Below are positions 1 through 9,815 of a DNA stretch of 64,000 bases, one piece after another. The stretch's first letter is position 1; each line of letters starts with the position of its first letter. The stretch comes from an uncultured Chitinophagaceae bacterium (lineage in GTDB: Bacteria; Bacteroidota; Ignavibacteria; UBA10030; UBA8401): the NCBI GenBank assembly GCA_964603685.1, contig CAZRWF010000005.1:2721-66720 (forward strand), given 5' to 3'. The notes beneath the pieces were generated by a model. That model saw only the letters and a list, made by a program, of their open reading frames with translations. It was not told the origin of the DNA and did no database searches. A program made the position numbers and the translations under genes.

Positions 1-333
1 GGTAAAGACCCCGTTTTTTCCGGGAATTGTTTTCACCTGAACCGCGGACATGATCGACGGGGCTGCTGTTTCATAATTGAACATGTGCGCATCCTGCTCC
101 ATGATCACTTCATCACCCATTTCCGTGTGCGCTTTTAAGGCCAATTGATTGCTCATACAACCGCTCGGAACGAACAGCGCTTTTTCCTTCCCCAATAGTT
201 CCGCAACCGTTTCCTGCAGAGCATTCACGGTCGGGTCCTCGCCAAACACATCGTCACCGACCTCGGCATTTGCCATCGCTTCCCTCATGGCTTTAGAGGG
301 ACGCGTCACCGTATCACTTCGAAGATCGATCAT
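1..333 (-). CDS. ltaE: Low-specificity L-threonine aldolase, N-terminal part (3' end lies beyond position 1)
   Basis: Not in the ORF track because it runs off the window edge. My own translation of the reverse strand from the ATG at 333-331 gives [76 protein letters not shown]... This is the conserved N-terminus of PLP-dependent threonine aldolases. Confidence 0.8.
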   Translation of the reverse strand, partial: MIDLRSDTVTRPSKAMREAMANAEVGDDVFGEDPTVNALQETVAELLGKEKALFVPSGCMSNQLALKAHTEMGDEVIMEQDAHMFNYETAAPSIMSAVQVKTIPGKNGVFT

Positions 334-344
334 TCGGGCAACTC

Positions 345-1970
345 TCACTTTCGTAAAAAACGATATACTGTTGAAATGAATATAAATACAACGGACATCA
401 TCATGCAAATTCTCGCGAACCAATCTCCGTTTCTTGAATAGAACGTCGAATAGGTCAACGGTTGAATTGTTCGTTGCCGGAAATCTTGCGTGTACATTTC
501 TGTTTGGTCAAACATTCTGCCCATCGGATCGATGAATGATGATATTCCGCCATTGGCGCAGCGAACCACCCACCGGCGGTTTTCGATTGCCCGAAGAACC
601 GCAAACTGGTTATGTTGTCTCGCCCCGGAAGTGTTTCCCCACCAGCTGTCATTGGTGATAAATACTAAAAATTCCGCTCCTTTATTCACAAACGAAGCAA
701 CAAACTCAGGAAAAATCGACTCGTAACAGACCATTGCCAAAAATTTAGATGCCGGAGAAATCGTCCCGAACACAACCGAATCTTTTGCCAAACCCCAATT
801 ACTGATCCCCACCCCCCATCGCAACGGTTCGATCAAAAAGGGGACCTGATCCGCATAGGGTATTCTTTCGGCAAAGGGGACCAATCGCATTTTGCTGTAT
901 GTTTGTATATCAGGTCTGTGTGGTTCTATAAAAAAAATCGAATTAAATGAATCGTACCGTAAGGTGGTCCCTTTCACAACACTGGCAGTGGGAGGAGCAT
1001 TATCCGGTTCATAATACTGGACTTTCACGTAACCGGAAATGAGAGAAATGTTGGCACTGTCAAAAAAAGAACGGAATTGCTGCATCTCAGAATAATACGC
1101 GGGCAAATTTAATAAGATGGCCGATTCCGGAAGTACAACAAGATCGAGAGAATCATTAAGATTGGAGCGAATAAGTTGTTGATATTGTTGAACTTGAGCC
1201 CACCTTCCTGCAAATGTATTTCCCCCTTCCCATTTTTTCCATGGATCAACATTGGGTTGAACAATTCCGACGGATATGGGCTGACGGTCGGACGAAACGA
1301 TCTCTTGTTCATTGGGTTGATAAAAATTCGGTAAAATGTATAAAATGGCAGAACTCGCGGCGAGCGTAATACTTTGTCGTCGTGGAGCACCGGAAAATGT
1401 ATTTTTTACCGTCCAATAGATCAGTACATTCATCATCAACACCCAGAATGAGACGCCGTACACTCCGGTGAGATCGACAAACTGGATCTTTTCCAGGTGA
1501 TATGTTTGCGTGTTTCCCATATGCAGCCACGGGAATGCCAATTCACCCAGCGCATACAACCACTCCATAGAAACCCACAGAAACGGCATTAAAAGAGCTG
1601 CCGCCGGGAAGTTCAACTTCCTTTTGATCCAGAAATAGACCAAACACGGCAGAGTCAATACCAGAGGTTCCCAAAAAAACAATGCGATGCCGGCGATCAT
1701 TAAATACGGGTCCTGCATGTGTGTGAAACCGCCCACCCAGTACAACGCCAACAAGGAAAAAACAAAAAACATACCGTACGTATAGTGGAAGTATCTGCTC
1801 CACGATGTCAGTGCATCTGCAAGCAGAAGAAACGGTACGAATGCAATACACGCGATGACACCGACTGTAAAGGGAGGGAATGAAAGAGCAAGCAGTACTG
1901 CTCCGCTCAAGCAAAGCATCAGAAGAAACTGCCTCCGAGGTTCAAGCGTAATTGATGATTGGACAGTCAC
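345..1970 (-). CDS. lnt: Apolipoprotein N-acyltransferase
   Basis: 541 aa. Multi-pass membrane N-terminus followed by a CN-hydrolase domain with the E/K/C triad contexts [18 protein letters not shown] and CYESIFPEF. Confidence 0.85.
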   Translation of the reverse strand: MTVQSSITLEPRRQFLLMLCLSGAVLLALSFPPFTVGVIACIAFVPFLLLADALTSWSRYFHYTYGMFFVFSLLALYWVGGFTHMQDPYLMIAGIALFFWEPLVLTLPCLVYFWIKRKLNFPAAALLMPFLWVSMEWLYALGELAFPWLHMGNTQTYHLEKIQFVDLTGVYGVSFWVLMMNVLIYWTVKNTFSGAPRRQSITLAASSAILYILPNFYQPNEQEIVSSDRQPISVGIVQPNVDPWKKWEGGNTFAGRWAQVQQYQQLIRSNLNDSLDLVVLPESAILLNLPAYYSEMQQFRSFFDSANISLISGYVKVQYYEPDNAPPTASVVKGTTLRYDSFNSIFFIEPHRPDIQTYSKMRLVPFAERIPYADQVPFLIEPLRWGVGISNWGLAKDSVVFGTISPASKFLAMVCYESIFPEFVASFVNKGAEFLVFITNDSWWGNTSGARQHNQFAVLRAIENRRWVVRCANGGISSFIDPMGRMFDQTEMYTQDFRQRTIQPLTYSTFYSRNGDWFARICMMMSVVFIFISTVYRFLRK

Positions 1971-2548
1971 TTGGTCCTCAATTGTTGAAATCGTTTCTCT
2001 AAATGCGGTGAAGCTTTTTTCCAGATCGCAACAATACTCAATCCGATGAGAAGACCAAGGATGGAGCCGGCGGCAATGTCAGAAGGATAGTGAACACCAA
2101 CGTATGGCCGCGATAATGCCACAATACCGGCAAAGCCATACCAATACCATCGTTGGGCACGAAAGAACTGAGCAATAACAGCTGCAGCGGCAAAATTATT
2201 CACCGCGTGTGACGATGGAAACGACAATCCCCCGCCGCAATCGACGAGCATGCGGACGCCATCCAAAGCTCTGCATGGTCGAACTCGGCCGAATATGTCC
2301 TTAAGAAACGAACTGTTCAATTGATCGCTGAAAAACACCGTCACAATGACCAGTCCGAGGGCAATTCGACCGTTTTTTCCCCCCTTCCAAATCACGAAAA
2401 CGACGAAACACAGGACAAAAATCCTTACGGCGGTAAACTTATTCAGGTCCGTTAACACCGGAAGCACCAGATCAAACACCGGATTGGCGAGCGATTGATT
2501 GATGAAAAAGAAAAGTGCTACGTCGATCGAATAGAAAAATTCAATCAT
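1967..2548 (-). CDS. PAP2-family polyprenyl/lipid pyrophosphate phosphatase
   Basis: 193 aa membrane protein with the three PAP2 motifs: KDIFGRVRP, FPSSHA and SRPYVGVHYPSD. Overlaps lnt by 4 nt and DedA by 8 nt. Confidence 0.8.
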   Translation of the reverse strand: MIEFFYSIDVALFFFINQSLANPVFDLVLPVLTDLNKFTAVRIFVLCFVVFVIWKGGKNGRIALGLVIVTVFFSDQLNSSFLKDIFGRVRPCRALDGVRMLVDCGGGLSFPSSHAVNNFAAAAVIAQFFRAQRWYWYGFAGIVALSRPYVGVHYPSDIAAGSILGLLIGLSIVAIWKKASPHLEKRFQQLRTK

Positions 2549-3149
2549 TCTTCTTTTCCCGCTTACGATACCAGAGAAATAATCCGATCAACGCGCCAGT
2601 AATGATAAGAACTGTAACGATTTGACTGTATGCAGATAAATAAAATCCTATTGCTTCCCAATTTTCTCCCAGCAGGGTGCCGGCATAAATCAAGATGCCG
2701 TTCCATAACAATGCACTGAGGAAACAAAGTATTGCCGTCGGAATAAACTTTACTTCCGCCATACCCGCAAAAAATCCAACCACTGCTCTGGTCCCTGAGA
2801 GGAATCGATTGACGATAATCAGCCAATATCCGTAACGTCGGAACCACTCCTCCACCTTATGTACCGAATCCAGCGGTAAAAATTTTAACTTACCTTGTTC
2901 GATAATCCGAAGCCCGAACCAATCTCCGATCTTATACATCGTCATAAACCCCGTTGTACTCCCGAATGTGGCGATGGTCAAGGCGAGAAGAAAGTCGATG
3001 TGTCCGATCCCTACCAGGTATCCCCCGGCAACGATCATAACATCACTCGGGGATGGAGGAAACAAATTTTCAATGTACGCGATTACAAAAATGGCGAGAT
3101 ACACCCAGGCAGGACTTAACTGTTCCAGATATAAAATTGTCGCTTCCAT
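2541..3149 (-). CDS. DedA/SNARE-associated family membrane protein
   Basis: 202 aa polytopic protein with the DedA signature region IIVNRFLSGTRAVVGFFAGMA. Abuts ispF with no gap. Confidence 0.8.
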   Translation of the reverse strand: MEATILYLEQLSPAWVYLAIFVIAYIENLFPPSPSDVMIVAGGYLVGIGHIDFLLALTIATFGSTTGFMTMYKIGDWFGLRIIEQGKLKFLPLDSVHKVEEWFRRYGYWLIIVNRFLSGTRAVVGFFAGMAEVKFIPTAILCFLSALLWNGILIYAGTLLGENWEAIGFYLSAYSQIVTVLIITGALIGLFLWYRKREKKND

Positions 3150-3635
3150 TTACGATATTTTTATTTCATTGATCGTTGCAACCGCATATGCCACAGCTCC
3201 TTCGCCGACGCCGATAAAACCCATTCCTTCATTTGTCGTTGCTTTTACGGAGACGGCATGAATGCTCACACCGAGAATTTCTGCGATGGTCGTTCGCATT
3301 TGATCGACGTACGGAGCGATCTTCGGCCGTTCCATGACGACCGTTGTATCGATATTTCCGACTGCGTATCCCTTTGATCGCAATAATGCGACAACATTTG
3401 CCAGCAGATTGCGGCTGGAAATTCCCTTAAATGCGGGATCGGTGTCGGGAAAATGTTTACCGATATCTCCCATCGCAGCCGCTCCCAATAAGGCATCACA
3501 TATTGCATGCAGGAGAACGTCGGCGTCCGAATGCCCCAGTAGTCCGGACTCAAACGGTATTTCCACGCCACCCAGGATCAATTTCCTTTCCCGGGCAAAT
3601 CGATGAACATCAAATCCCATTCCGATTCGGGTCAT
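3150..3635 (-). CDS. ispF: 2-C-methyl-D-erythritol 2,4-cyclodiphosphate synthase
   Basis: Motifs GMGFDVHRF and [12 protein letters not shown] use the internal start [11 protein letters not shown] (3635) because the longest ORF (to 3689) would overlap the upstream acylphosphatase by 53 nt. Confidence 0.9.
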   Translation of the reverse strand: MTRIGMGFDVHRFARERKLILGGVEIPFESGLLGHSDADVLLHAICDALLGAAAMGDIGKHFPDTDPAFKGISSRNLLANVVALLRSKGYAVGNIDTTVVMERPKIAPYVDQMRTTIAEILGVSIHAVSVKATTNEGMGFIGVGEGAVAYAVATINEIKIS

Positions 3636-3636
3636 A

Positions 3637-3915
3637 TTACGCTTTGATCTTAAAGTTGAAAAAAAGATGATGCGGTGGTCCCCACTCAACGATTACGTTC
3701 TCTACGTTGGACATTTTGGGTCCGACCCTGAGCTCATGAATCAACAGTTCAATATCCGACCGCTTTCCCTCCACTTCCAGGTACACGGATCCGTCGGGCA
3801 GATTTTCCACGAACCCTTTCATCGCGTACTTTCGGGCGGCACGATCGGCGAACCACCGGTAGCCAACGCCTTGAACGATTCCGGAAACGGTGATCTTCGC
3901 GTTCGCGTCGTTCAT
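3637..3915 (-). CDS. acyP: Acylphosphatase
   Basis: 92 aa with the classical signature [13 protein letters not shown]. Confidence 0.85.
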   Translation of the reverse strand: MNDANAKITVSGIVQGVGYRWFADRAARKYAMKGFVENLPDGSVYLEVEGKRSDIELLIHELRVGPKMSNVENVIVEWGPPHHLFFNFKIKA

Positions 3916-4796
3916 TCTCGCTCCTGTGACCAGCCGGCCCTTACCAGTAGATTGTCCATAAATTCCGAAATTAATATCCCGACGATGATCAATCCAGCCC
4001 CGACAATTCCCATGAACCCCAATTGTTCGCTCAAGACATAATATGCCAAGACGGCGGCGATAACCGGTTCCAAAGTGAAGATGATCACCGCCCTAGTCGG
4101 CGTCGTATCCTGCTGAAATCTCGTTTGCATATATGTGGTGACGATGGTGGCACATGTTCCCATATATAACAACGAGACGATTAATTGGGTCGTCGGCTGG
4201 AATACGATGGTCTCAAAAGGGAGCACCGCGGCCGCCGTAAGTGTCGTAACCGTTACTTGAACGAATGAAAGATGCAGCACGGTCTCACCTTTGGTGTACA
4301 GATCAATGTAGACGATATACACCCCGAAGATCACCGCTGAAAGCAACACCAACAAATCTCCGCGATTGATCTCGGAACCGTCCGGGGAGGTCAATAAGAA
4401 CAGGCCGGCGGTGACGATGATGATCCCGGCAATATTTCCGATTCGCGGAAGCCGTCGCTCGAGTATAAACTGGGCGATCGGAGTAAAAATAACCATCAAT
4501 CCCGTTATAAAAGCGGATTTGGATGCCGTTGTTTGATAGATACCGTGATTTTGGATCACGATCCCGACTCCCAGCATCGCACCGAGGATTAATCCCTTTT
4601 TTATCGTCACACGCGAGATCGATCCCAACTGTCGAATGAGAAAGAGACCGAGCAGCAATGCGCCGATGCCGAAACGGGCGGCGATAAACAGCGACGGTGA
4701 TACTTCCGCCTCGCCTGCTTTGACGACAACAAACGTGCTCCCCCAAATGAACGTGGTGGCAAATAACGCCAACTCCGCCCTTCCGCGTACAGTCAT
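3912..4796 (-). CDS. EamA/DMT-superfamily transporter (about 10 TM segments)
   Basis: 294 aa with two hydrophobic half-repeats typical of EamA domains. Shares 4-nt overlaps with both neighbours. Confidence 0.75.
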   Translation of the reverse strand: MTVRGRAELALFATTFIWGSTFVVVKAGEAEVSPSLFIAARFGIGALLLGLFLIRQLGSISRVTIKKGLILGAMLGVGIVIQNHGIYQTTASKSAFITGLMVIFTPIAQFILERRLPRIGNIAGIIIVTAGLFLLTSPDGSEINRGDLLVLLSAVIFGVYIVYIDLYTKGETVLHLSFVQVTVTTLTAAAVLPFETIVFQPTTQLIVSLLYMGTCATIVTTYMQTRFQQDTTPTRAVIIFTLEPVIAAVLAYYVLSEQLGFMGIVGAGLIIVGILISEFMDNLLVRAGWSQERE

Positions 4797-5527
4797 TTGA
4801 GGTCCAATTTTTTAATGATCGATTCCGGAATGGATTTGAACACCGCCATGATGATCCGCCAGAACCATTTCGAATAGATAAAATCCTTCCCTGCTTGCTG
4901 CGCGCGGAAGATATCGCGTGCCACCTCTTCAGCGCTGGCGGTGATGATTCCCGGCGTGTTGCGTCCTTCGATCATTTTCGTGCGGATAAATCCCGGATGA
5001 ACGGTCAACACCTGCACGCGGGAAGGATACAACCGGTTCCGCAGCCCGGAGAGGAATGTTGTCATTCCCGCTTTCGCACTCGCGTACACATAGTTGCTCT
5101 TACGTCCCTTTTCCCCCGCTACGGAACTGACTCCGACGATAAACCCTTCCCTCCTCGCTTCAAAGTCGGCGGCAATGATATGCAGCATAGAGACCAATCC
5201 GGTAAAATTCGCCGTCAACACGTTGTTGGCGGCCGCAAAATCCTGTTCGGATTTTTTTTGTTCACCCAACGTTCCCGCGAGGCAGATGACACCAAACGGT
5301 TTTTCCGGCAGGGAGTCATAGAATGATTGATGGTCGGACGTTTCCGTCGCGTCGAATCGATATGCCGTTGCCGGAACGGAAAATCGAATGGAAATGTCGT
5401 TGGCATCGTTTTTCAAACGTTGGACACTACGGCTGGCAAGATATATTCCGTATCCGGCTTTCGCATATAAAAAGGCCAACGGCCGAGCGATATCCGATCC
5501 TGCGCCGATGATTAAGACATACTTCAT
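4793..5527 (-). CDS. Short-chain dehydrogenase/reductase, DprE2-like (decaprenylphospho-2-keto-ribose reductase family)
   Basis: 244 aa. Rossmann N-terminus IIGAGSDIA, an SS...Y..SK catalytic context (VSSVAGEKGRKSNYVYASAKAG) and a C-terminal WFWRIIMAVFKSIPESIIKKL tail. From memory, this resembles M. tuberculosis Rv3791. Confidence 0.75.
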   Translation of the reverse strand: MKYVLIIGAGSDIARPLAFLYAKAGYGIYLASRSVQRLKNDANDISIRFSVPATAYRFDATETSDHQSFYDSLPEKPFGVICLAGTLGEQKKSEQDFAAANNVLTANFTGLVSMLHIIAADFEARREGFIVGVSSVAGEKGRKSNYVYASAKAGMTTFLSGLRNRLYPSRVQVLTVHPGFIRTKMIEGRNTPGIITASAEEVARDIFRAQQAGKDFIYSKWFWRIIMAVFKSIPESIIKKLDLK

Positions 5528-6840
5528 GACAATCCTATCCGTTTCGACTGTAACGATTGAAAAATGGATCGTGGATCATATTTTTTTTTGATCTGCTTAA
5601 ATCGATCGGCCTGCACATAACCCTTCGCGAAAGTCTCTTTTTTCATCCGCACATCTTTGGACAAATAAATTTTTCCGCCGAACTCGGTCACCATTTCATC
5701 GAGCACGGGAAATAACGCCAACGTTTTCGGCGTGATCGGAAAATCCAGTGCCAGCGTGTATCCTTCTTCGGGAAAAGAGACGATCCCTTCCTGAACTCCA
5801 AACAGTTTGAGCACGGCCAAAAACGAACCTTCTCCCGATGAAGAAATCGTTGAAAGGATTTTTTTCAAACCGACGCGGGACCGATCTTTCGGAAGAACGA
5901 ATTGATATTGCGTAAATCCTCGTCTGCCGTAAATCCTGTTCCAGTGTGCCGCTATGTCCAAAGGGTAAAAAAACGGTTCGTAATCCACAATCGAGTCGCC
6001 CGAAATATACGTCCGAAAGCGAATTTCATTGAATAATTTGACCGTCAGAGAATTGAGTGCAAAATCCGGGAAAAAGAGCGGAACCGGAATCATCGGCCGT
6101 CGATCGATCGACAGCGGATCACGATATCGGTATCCGACTTCATCTTTGGTGGCATGTTCGCCGAGCACCAACGCTGACCGGCCGAGATGTTCACCTCTTG
6201 CGAGGCAATCGATCCACGCAACGGAATAGGTCCATCGTGCATTTTCTTCGAAGGCATCGAAGGCCGCATCGATATTTTTTGCTTTTACAACTCTTTGACG
6301 GATGTATGCGGTTTCAATTTTTTGCAGCGAAAATGTCGCCTGAAGAATAATCCCGGTGAGCCCCATTCCGCCGCAGGTGGACCAAAACAAATCCGCATGT
6401 TCGGTGCGTGAACACCGGAGGACGGAACCGTCTGCCAGCAGAAGATCGAGAGAAAGGAGATGCCGGGAAAATGAACCGGCCACATGGTGATTTTTTCCAT
6501 GAACATCCGAGGCAATCGCCCCTCCCACCGTGACGAATTTTGTTCCGGGTGTCACCGGAAGAAACCATCCGCGCGGTACGAAAATCTCCAACAATTCCGC
6601 CAACGACACTCCTGCTTCACACGTTATTGTGCCGTTTGTTTCATCGAAAGAGAGGAGATGATTCATCCGCACCATCGAAACAATCGTCGTGTTCAGGGAG
6701 GAATCGCCGTAACATCGTCCGAGCCCTCGGGCAATCAACTCGTCACCGACGGAAACGATCTGTTTCACATCGTCGACGGTCGAAGGAGAGTGCACAGTAG
6801 CATCGATGACGGGATAATTTCCCCAATTCGTCACTTTCAT
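5524..6840 (-). CDS. FAD-dependent oxidase, DprE1-like (polyprenyl-phospho-ribose 2'-oxidase family)
   Basis: 438 aa. Blocks VTVGGAIASDVHGKNHHVAGSF, LFWSTCGGMGLTGIIL, FFYPLDIAAHWNRIYGRRGFTQYQFVLP, SFLAVLKLFG and EFGGKIYLSKD line up with M. tuberculosis DprE1 as I remember it. Confidence 0.8.
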   Translation of the reverse strand: MKVTNWGNYPVIDATVHSPSTVDDVKQIVSVGDELIARGLGRCYGDSSLNTTIVSMVRMNHLLSFDETNGTITCEAGVSLAELLEIFVPRGWFLPVTPGTKFVTVGGAIASDVHGKNHHVAGSFSRHLLSLDLLLADGSVLRCSRTEHADLFWSTCGGMGLTGIILQATFSLQKIETAYIRQRVVKAKNIDAAFDAFEENARWTYSVAWIDCLARGEHLGRSALVLGEHATKDEVGYRYRDPLSIDRRPMIPVPLFFPDFALNSLTVKLFNEIRFRTYISGDSIVDYEPFFYPLDIAAHWNRIYGRRGFTQYQFVLPKDRSRVGLKKILSTISSSGEGSFLAVLKLFGVQEGIVSFPEEGYTLALDFPITPKTLALFPVLDEMVTEFGGKIYLSKDVRMKKETFAKGYVQADRFKQIKKKYDPRSIFQSLQSKRIGLS

Positions 6841-6912
6841 ATCGGAAAATACAAAAAGAATCGCTGTTAATGAAGCAGATTTTTGACACTGCCGCCGTAC
6901 GGATCACGGCGG

Positions 6913-8136
6913 TCAGTGGGTCGGTTTTTCTTTCGGAGGTGCGGAGGTAAAAAAGTCGCGGTAAAATCGTTCCGTGTAGGATTGTAATAACTGTTCGATC
7001 CGTTCCTGCTGCGGAGACCGGACGACGAGACCGGCATGATACTCTTTCCGAATCTTCCAGCAGATTTCCGGATCGTTATAACCCGAAAGGTCGGGCCATT
7101 GTTGTTTCGCGAGCGATACCATCAGTCCCGCGTACTCTTCCCGTTCAATCTTCGGCGAATATCGGGAAATATCATCGCATGTCTCGAGACGCGCCCATTC
7201 CGCCCACAGGTTCATGCCGGTCGCACCTTCGATCAATTCCACGATGTGTGCGCCGCCGACGCGCGCCGACGTCTCGAGGAAAAAATATTTGCCGTCGCCC
7301 GCTGCTTTGATATATTCCGTGTGCGATACTCCTTGCAACAATCCCAACATCGGCAGCACCGACGCATTTAATTGTTTCAATCCTTGTTCATCGCTGCTCC
7401 CCCGTTTCACCGTCCGGGTCATAAAGACGCGTCCTTCATGCGATACTTCCATCGGCGGAAGTCCGTATTTACTGACGATGGAAAAGCGGACATTTTTATT
7501 GACCAAAATGCTGTCCACATGAAATATTTCGCCAGGGATGAACTTTTCCAGAAGATAATAGGATTGTTGATCTCCGAGTTCAGCGATCTTTTGCCACAGT
7601 TCTTCCGCGGAGTGGATCTTTTTGATCCCGATCGCACCGGCAGAAAGACGGGGTTTCAACACATACGGCGGTTGAACCTTTTTCAGAAAATCATTGATGC
7701 GGTCGTAATTCAAAATGCCCACAAAGTCCGGAACGTTGATGCCCGCCTCTTTCGCTTTCATCCGCATGGCGAGTTTGTCCCGGAAATACCGTGCCGTCGT
7801 TTCCCCCATTCCGCCGATCCGCAAATGTTCGCGGAGTGTCGCCGCCTTTTCCACGTCAAAATCATCCAACGCAACGATCCGGTCGATCTGTTCCGTCCTT
7901 GCCAGATAACTGACGCCGCTGATCACATCCGGCATATGCCATTCTTTATTGACATCCGGAATATAATAAATGGCATCGATCACTTCTCTCGGCCAATCCC
8001 CCCCCTCAAGACTTTTGGAGGTCAATAACAACACTTTCCATCCTTCCCGTTTCGCCTGTCGGAGGAATTCCTGACCTTTTTCATAACTGGAGATACACAA
8101 AATTGTGTTGGGCATATAGAGACTCTCTTTGGTCAA
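6913..8136 (-). CDS. ATP-grasp domain carboxylate-amine ligase (substrate unknown)
   Basis: 407 aa with pre-ATP-grasp plus ATP-grasp organisation (YVLKPRLSAGAIGIKKI, LLEKFIPGEIFHVDS, FFLETSARVGGAHI). No signal peptide. Abuts the M14 gene with no gap. Confidence 0.7.
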   Translation of the reverse strand: MTKESLYMPNTILCISSYEKGQEFLRQAKREGWKVLLLTSKSLEGGDWPREVIDAIYYIPDVNKEWHMPDVISGVSYLARTEQIDRIVALDDFDVEKAATLREHLRIGGMGETTARYFRDKLAMRMKAKEAGINVPDFVGILNYDRINDFLKKVQPPYVLKPRLSAGAIGIKKIHSAEELWQKIAELGDQQSYYLLEKFIPGEIFHVDSILVNKNVRFSIVSKYGLPPMEVSHEGRVFMTRTVKRGSSDEQGLKQLNASVLPMLGLLQGVSHTEYIKAAGDGKYFFLETSARVGGAHIVELIEGATGMNLWAEWARLETCDDISRYSPKIEREEYAGLMVSLAKQQWPDLSGYNDPEICWKIRKEYHAGLVVRSPQQERIEQLLQSYTERFYRDFFTSAPPKEKPTH

Positions 8137-9813
8137 TTAGACGATACGGTAAATCGGATATTTCCGTTCGTGGATATCAAAATACGGCGATCTCCGGTAA
8201 AAAAAATCCAACCGCGCATCGGGATCGTTGCGGAAACGTTCCTCATGCAGACGTTCGGCAAATTCCTTTTGAAGGGCCGCATCGCCGGAGAGCATTTGCT
8301 GTGCAATCGGTTCCATCACATACGCTTCGGCATACTCTTTCCGTTCAAAGAATGCATTAAAATATCCCCAGCTGATGAACGAATCCGGTCCCTCCGGTTC
8401 CAGTAGATTGGCAATCACCCGATTTGTCCGTTGATTCATCGAAATGTAAAATGTCCCGGGCGGAAAATCCATCGTTGTCCGTTCAACGGAACATCGCACT
8501 TCGACGCAATAGCGTCCTTCATACGGTTTTGATGCAAATGCTGCGTCGGTAAATCGATACTCTTCCACGGTCACAATTTTCTTTTTGGTCAGTTGTTTTA
8601 CCTCAACGCCGTGCAACCGCAATGTTTCTACCAACGCGCGGAACTGCATTGGAATAACATATCCTTTCGGCAGTGTGACTTGCTTGGTGATCACAGAACG
8701 GTTGAAATACGGAATCGTCACATCCTTCGGCGTCGTTCCATAGCGGATAACAGTTCCGCCGGTAATAGAACTTGCTTCATAATGAGAATCTAAACCTTTG
8801 AAAACAAACGGTTCAGAATGGTCGCTTAATTCAAACTTTAGCGGCAGTGTTGTGAGTTTTTTCGCTCTTTCATCTGCTTGCCGGTTCATTTTTTTAAGGA
8901 GTGTCCGATGTTGAGAAAGATACTCCAACGTCGCTGAATTCATCGCCAGAGTGGAATACACTCTGTTGTGAAAAGGTTTGAGTGAATGTGTTTCCACCAG
9001 CAGGCCAAGCCTGTTTTGAACGGCCATATATCCGGTCGAGAGACGGGGGATCGCCGGTGTATCGACAATACCGCTTTCGATCGTTCCACTCTTAAAAACG
9101 ATATATGGGGCGGTCAAAAACCCTTGTTTTTCCACAGCGTTCACCATGAAAGGAATAAACTGATCGCTTCCCCACCAGCCGAGGGACTGATCGATATTAT
9201 CCCCTTTTTCCAGGGCATAGGAAATATGGTATCGATAATCCGCGCCGTTGGTGGTATGATTATCAATGAAAAAGTCGGGTCTCCAGGATTCAATCAGAGC
9301 AATTACAGAACGGATCTCGGGGGTTTCCGCTTTAAGATAATCGCGGTTGAGATTCAAGTTCCAGCTGTTTGTTCGCCACCCCATCTCCGCCGGTCCGTTT
9401 TGATTCGGACGGTTGAACGGGCTGATCCGTTCATGGCCGTCCACGCTCAGGACCGGAATGACCAGCAGGATGAGATTGTCCAGCAAATGAAACTTTTCTT
9501 TGGTGACCAGGATTTCCCGCAGCAGGAGCATCGACGCGTCTTTTCCTTCGATCTCCCCGGCGTGAATGCCGTTTTGGATCAATACAACGGCTTTGCCGCT
9601 CCGACGCGCCTTTGCCGGAGTAAATTCATTTCGGGAAGCAACAACAAGGCACTCGATCGACCGTCCTTGCGGAGAGGTTCCGATCGAAAACATTTTCGCA
9701 TGCGGAGTTCGTTGTTCGAATTTACGGAAGTAAGCGATCGATTCGTCGTATCGCGGTGAGTGTGTCCCGTCCGACCGTTCGAATGCCGTCGTCCAAAAGG
9801 CGGTTCGTTTCAT
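8137..9813 (-). CDS. M14-family zinc carboxypeptidase, apparently cytosolic
   Basis: Zinc and substrate motifs HAGEIEG, NLNRDY and DNHTTNG. I use the start MKRTAFW (9813) because the longest ORF would overlap the upstream UbiA gene. No obvious signal peptide. Confidence 0.75.
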   Translation of the reverse strand: MKRTAFWTTAFERSDGTHSPRYDESIAYFRKFEQRTPHAKMFSIGTSPQGRSIECLVVASRNEFTPAKARRSGKAVVLIQNGIHAGEIEGKDASMLLLREILVTKEKFHLLDNLILLVIPVLSVDGHERISPFNRPNQNGPAEMGWRTNSWNLNLNRDYLKAETPEIRSVIALIESWRPDFFIDNHTTNGADYRYHISYALEKGDNIDQSLGWWGSDQFIPFMVNAVEKQGFLTAPYIVFKSGTIESGIVDTPAIPRLSTGYMAVQNRLGLLVETHSLKPFHNRVYSTLAMNSATLEYLSQHRTLLKKMNRQADERAKKLTTLPLKFELSDHSEPFVFKGLDSHYEASSITGGTVIRYGTTPKDVTIPYFNRSVITKQVTLPKGYVIPMQFRALVETLRLHGVEVKQLTKKKIVTVEEYRFTDAAFASKPYEGRYCVEVRCSVERTTMDFPPGTFYISMNQRTNRVIANLLEPEGPDSFISWGYFNAFFERKEYAEAYVMEPIAQQMLSGDAALQKEFAERLHEERFRNDPDARLDFFYRRSPYFDIHERKYPIYRIV

Positions 9814-9815
9814 CG

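Noticed and set aside
149-379. A 76-aa plus-strand ORF at the left edge.
   Set aside because: It is antisense to the clear threonine-aldolase N-terminus (1-333, minus strand) and has no recognisable features.
6892-6912. A perfect 7-bp hairpin (CCGCCGU-GAUCCGU-ACGGCGG) right after the ATP-grasp stop codon, considered as a terminator.
   Set aside because: No U-tract follows on the gene strand (CAGUGUCAAAAAUCUG). It may be an mRNA-stabilising element or nothing at all, and there is not enough evidence to call it a terminator.
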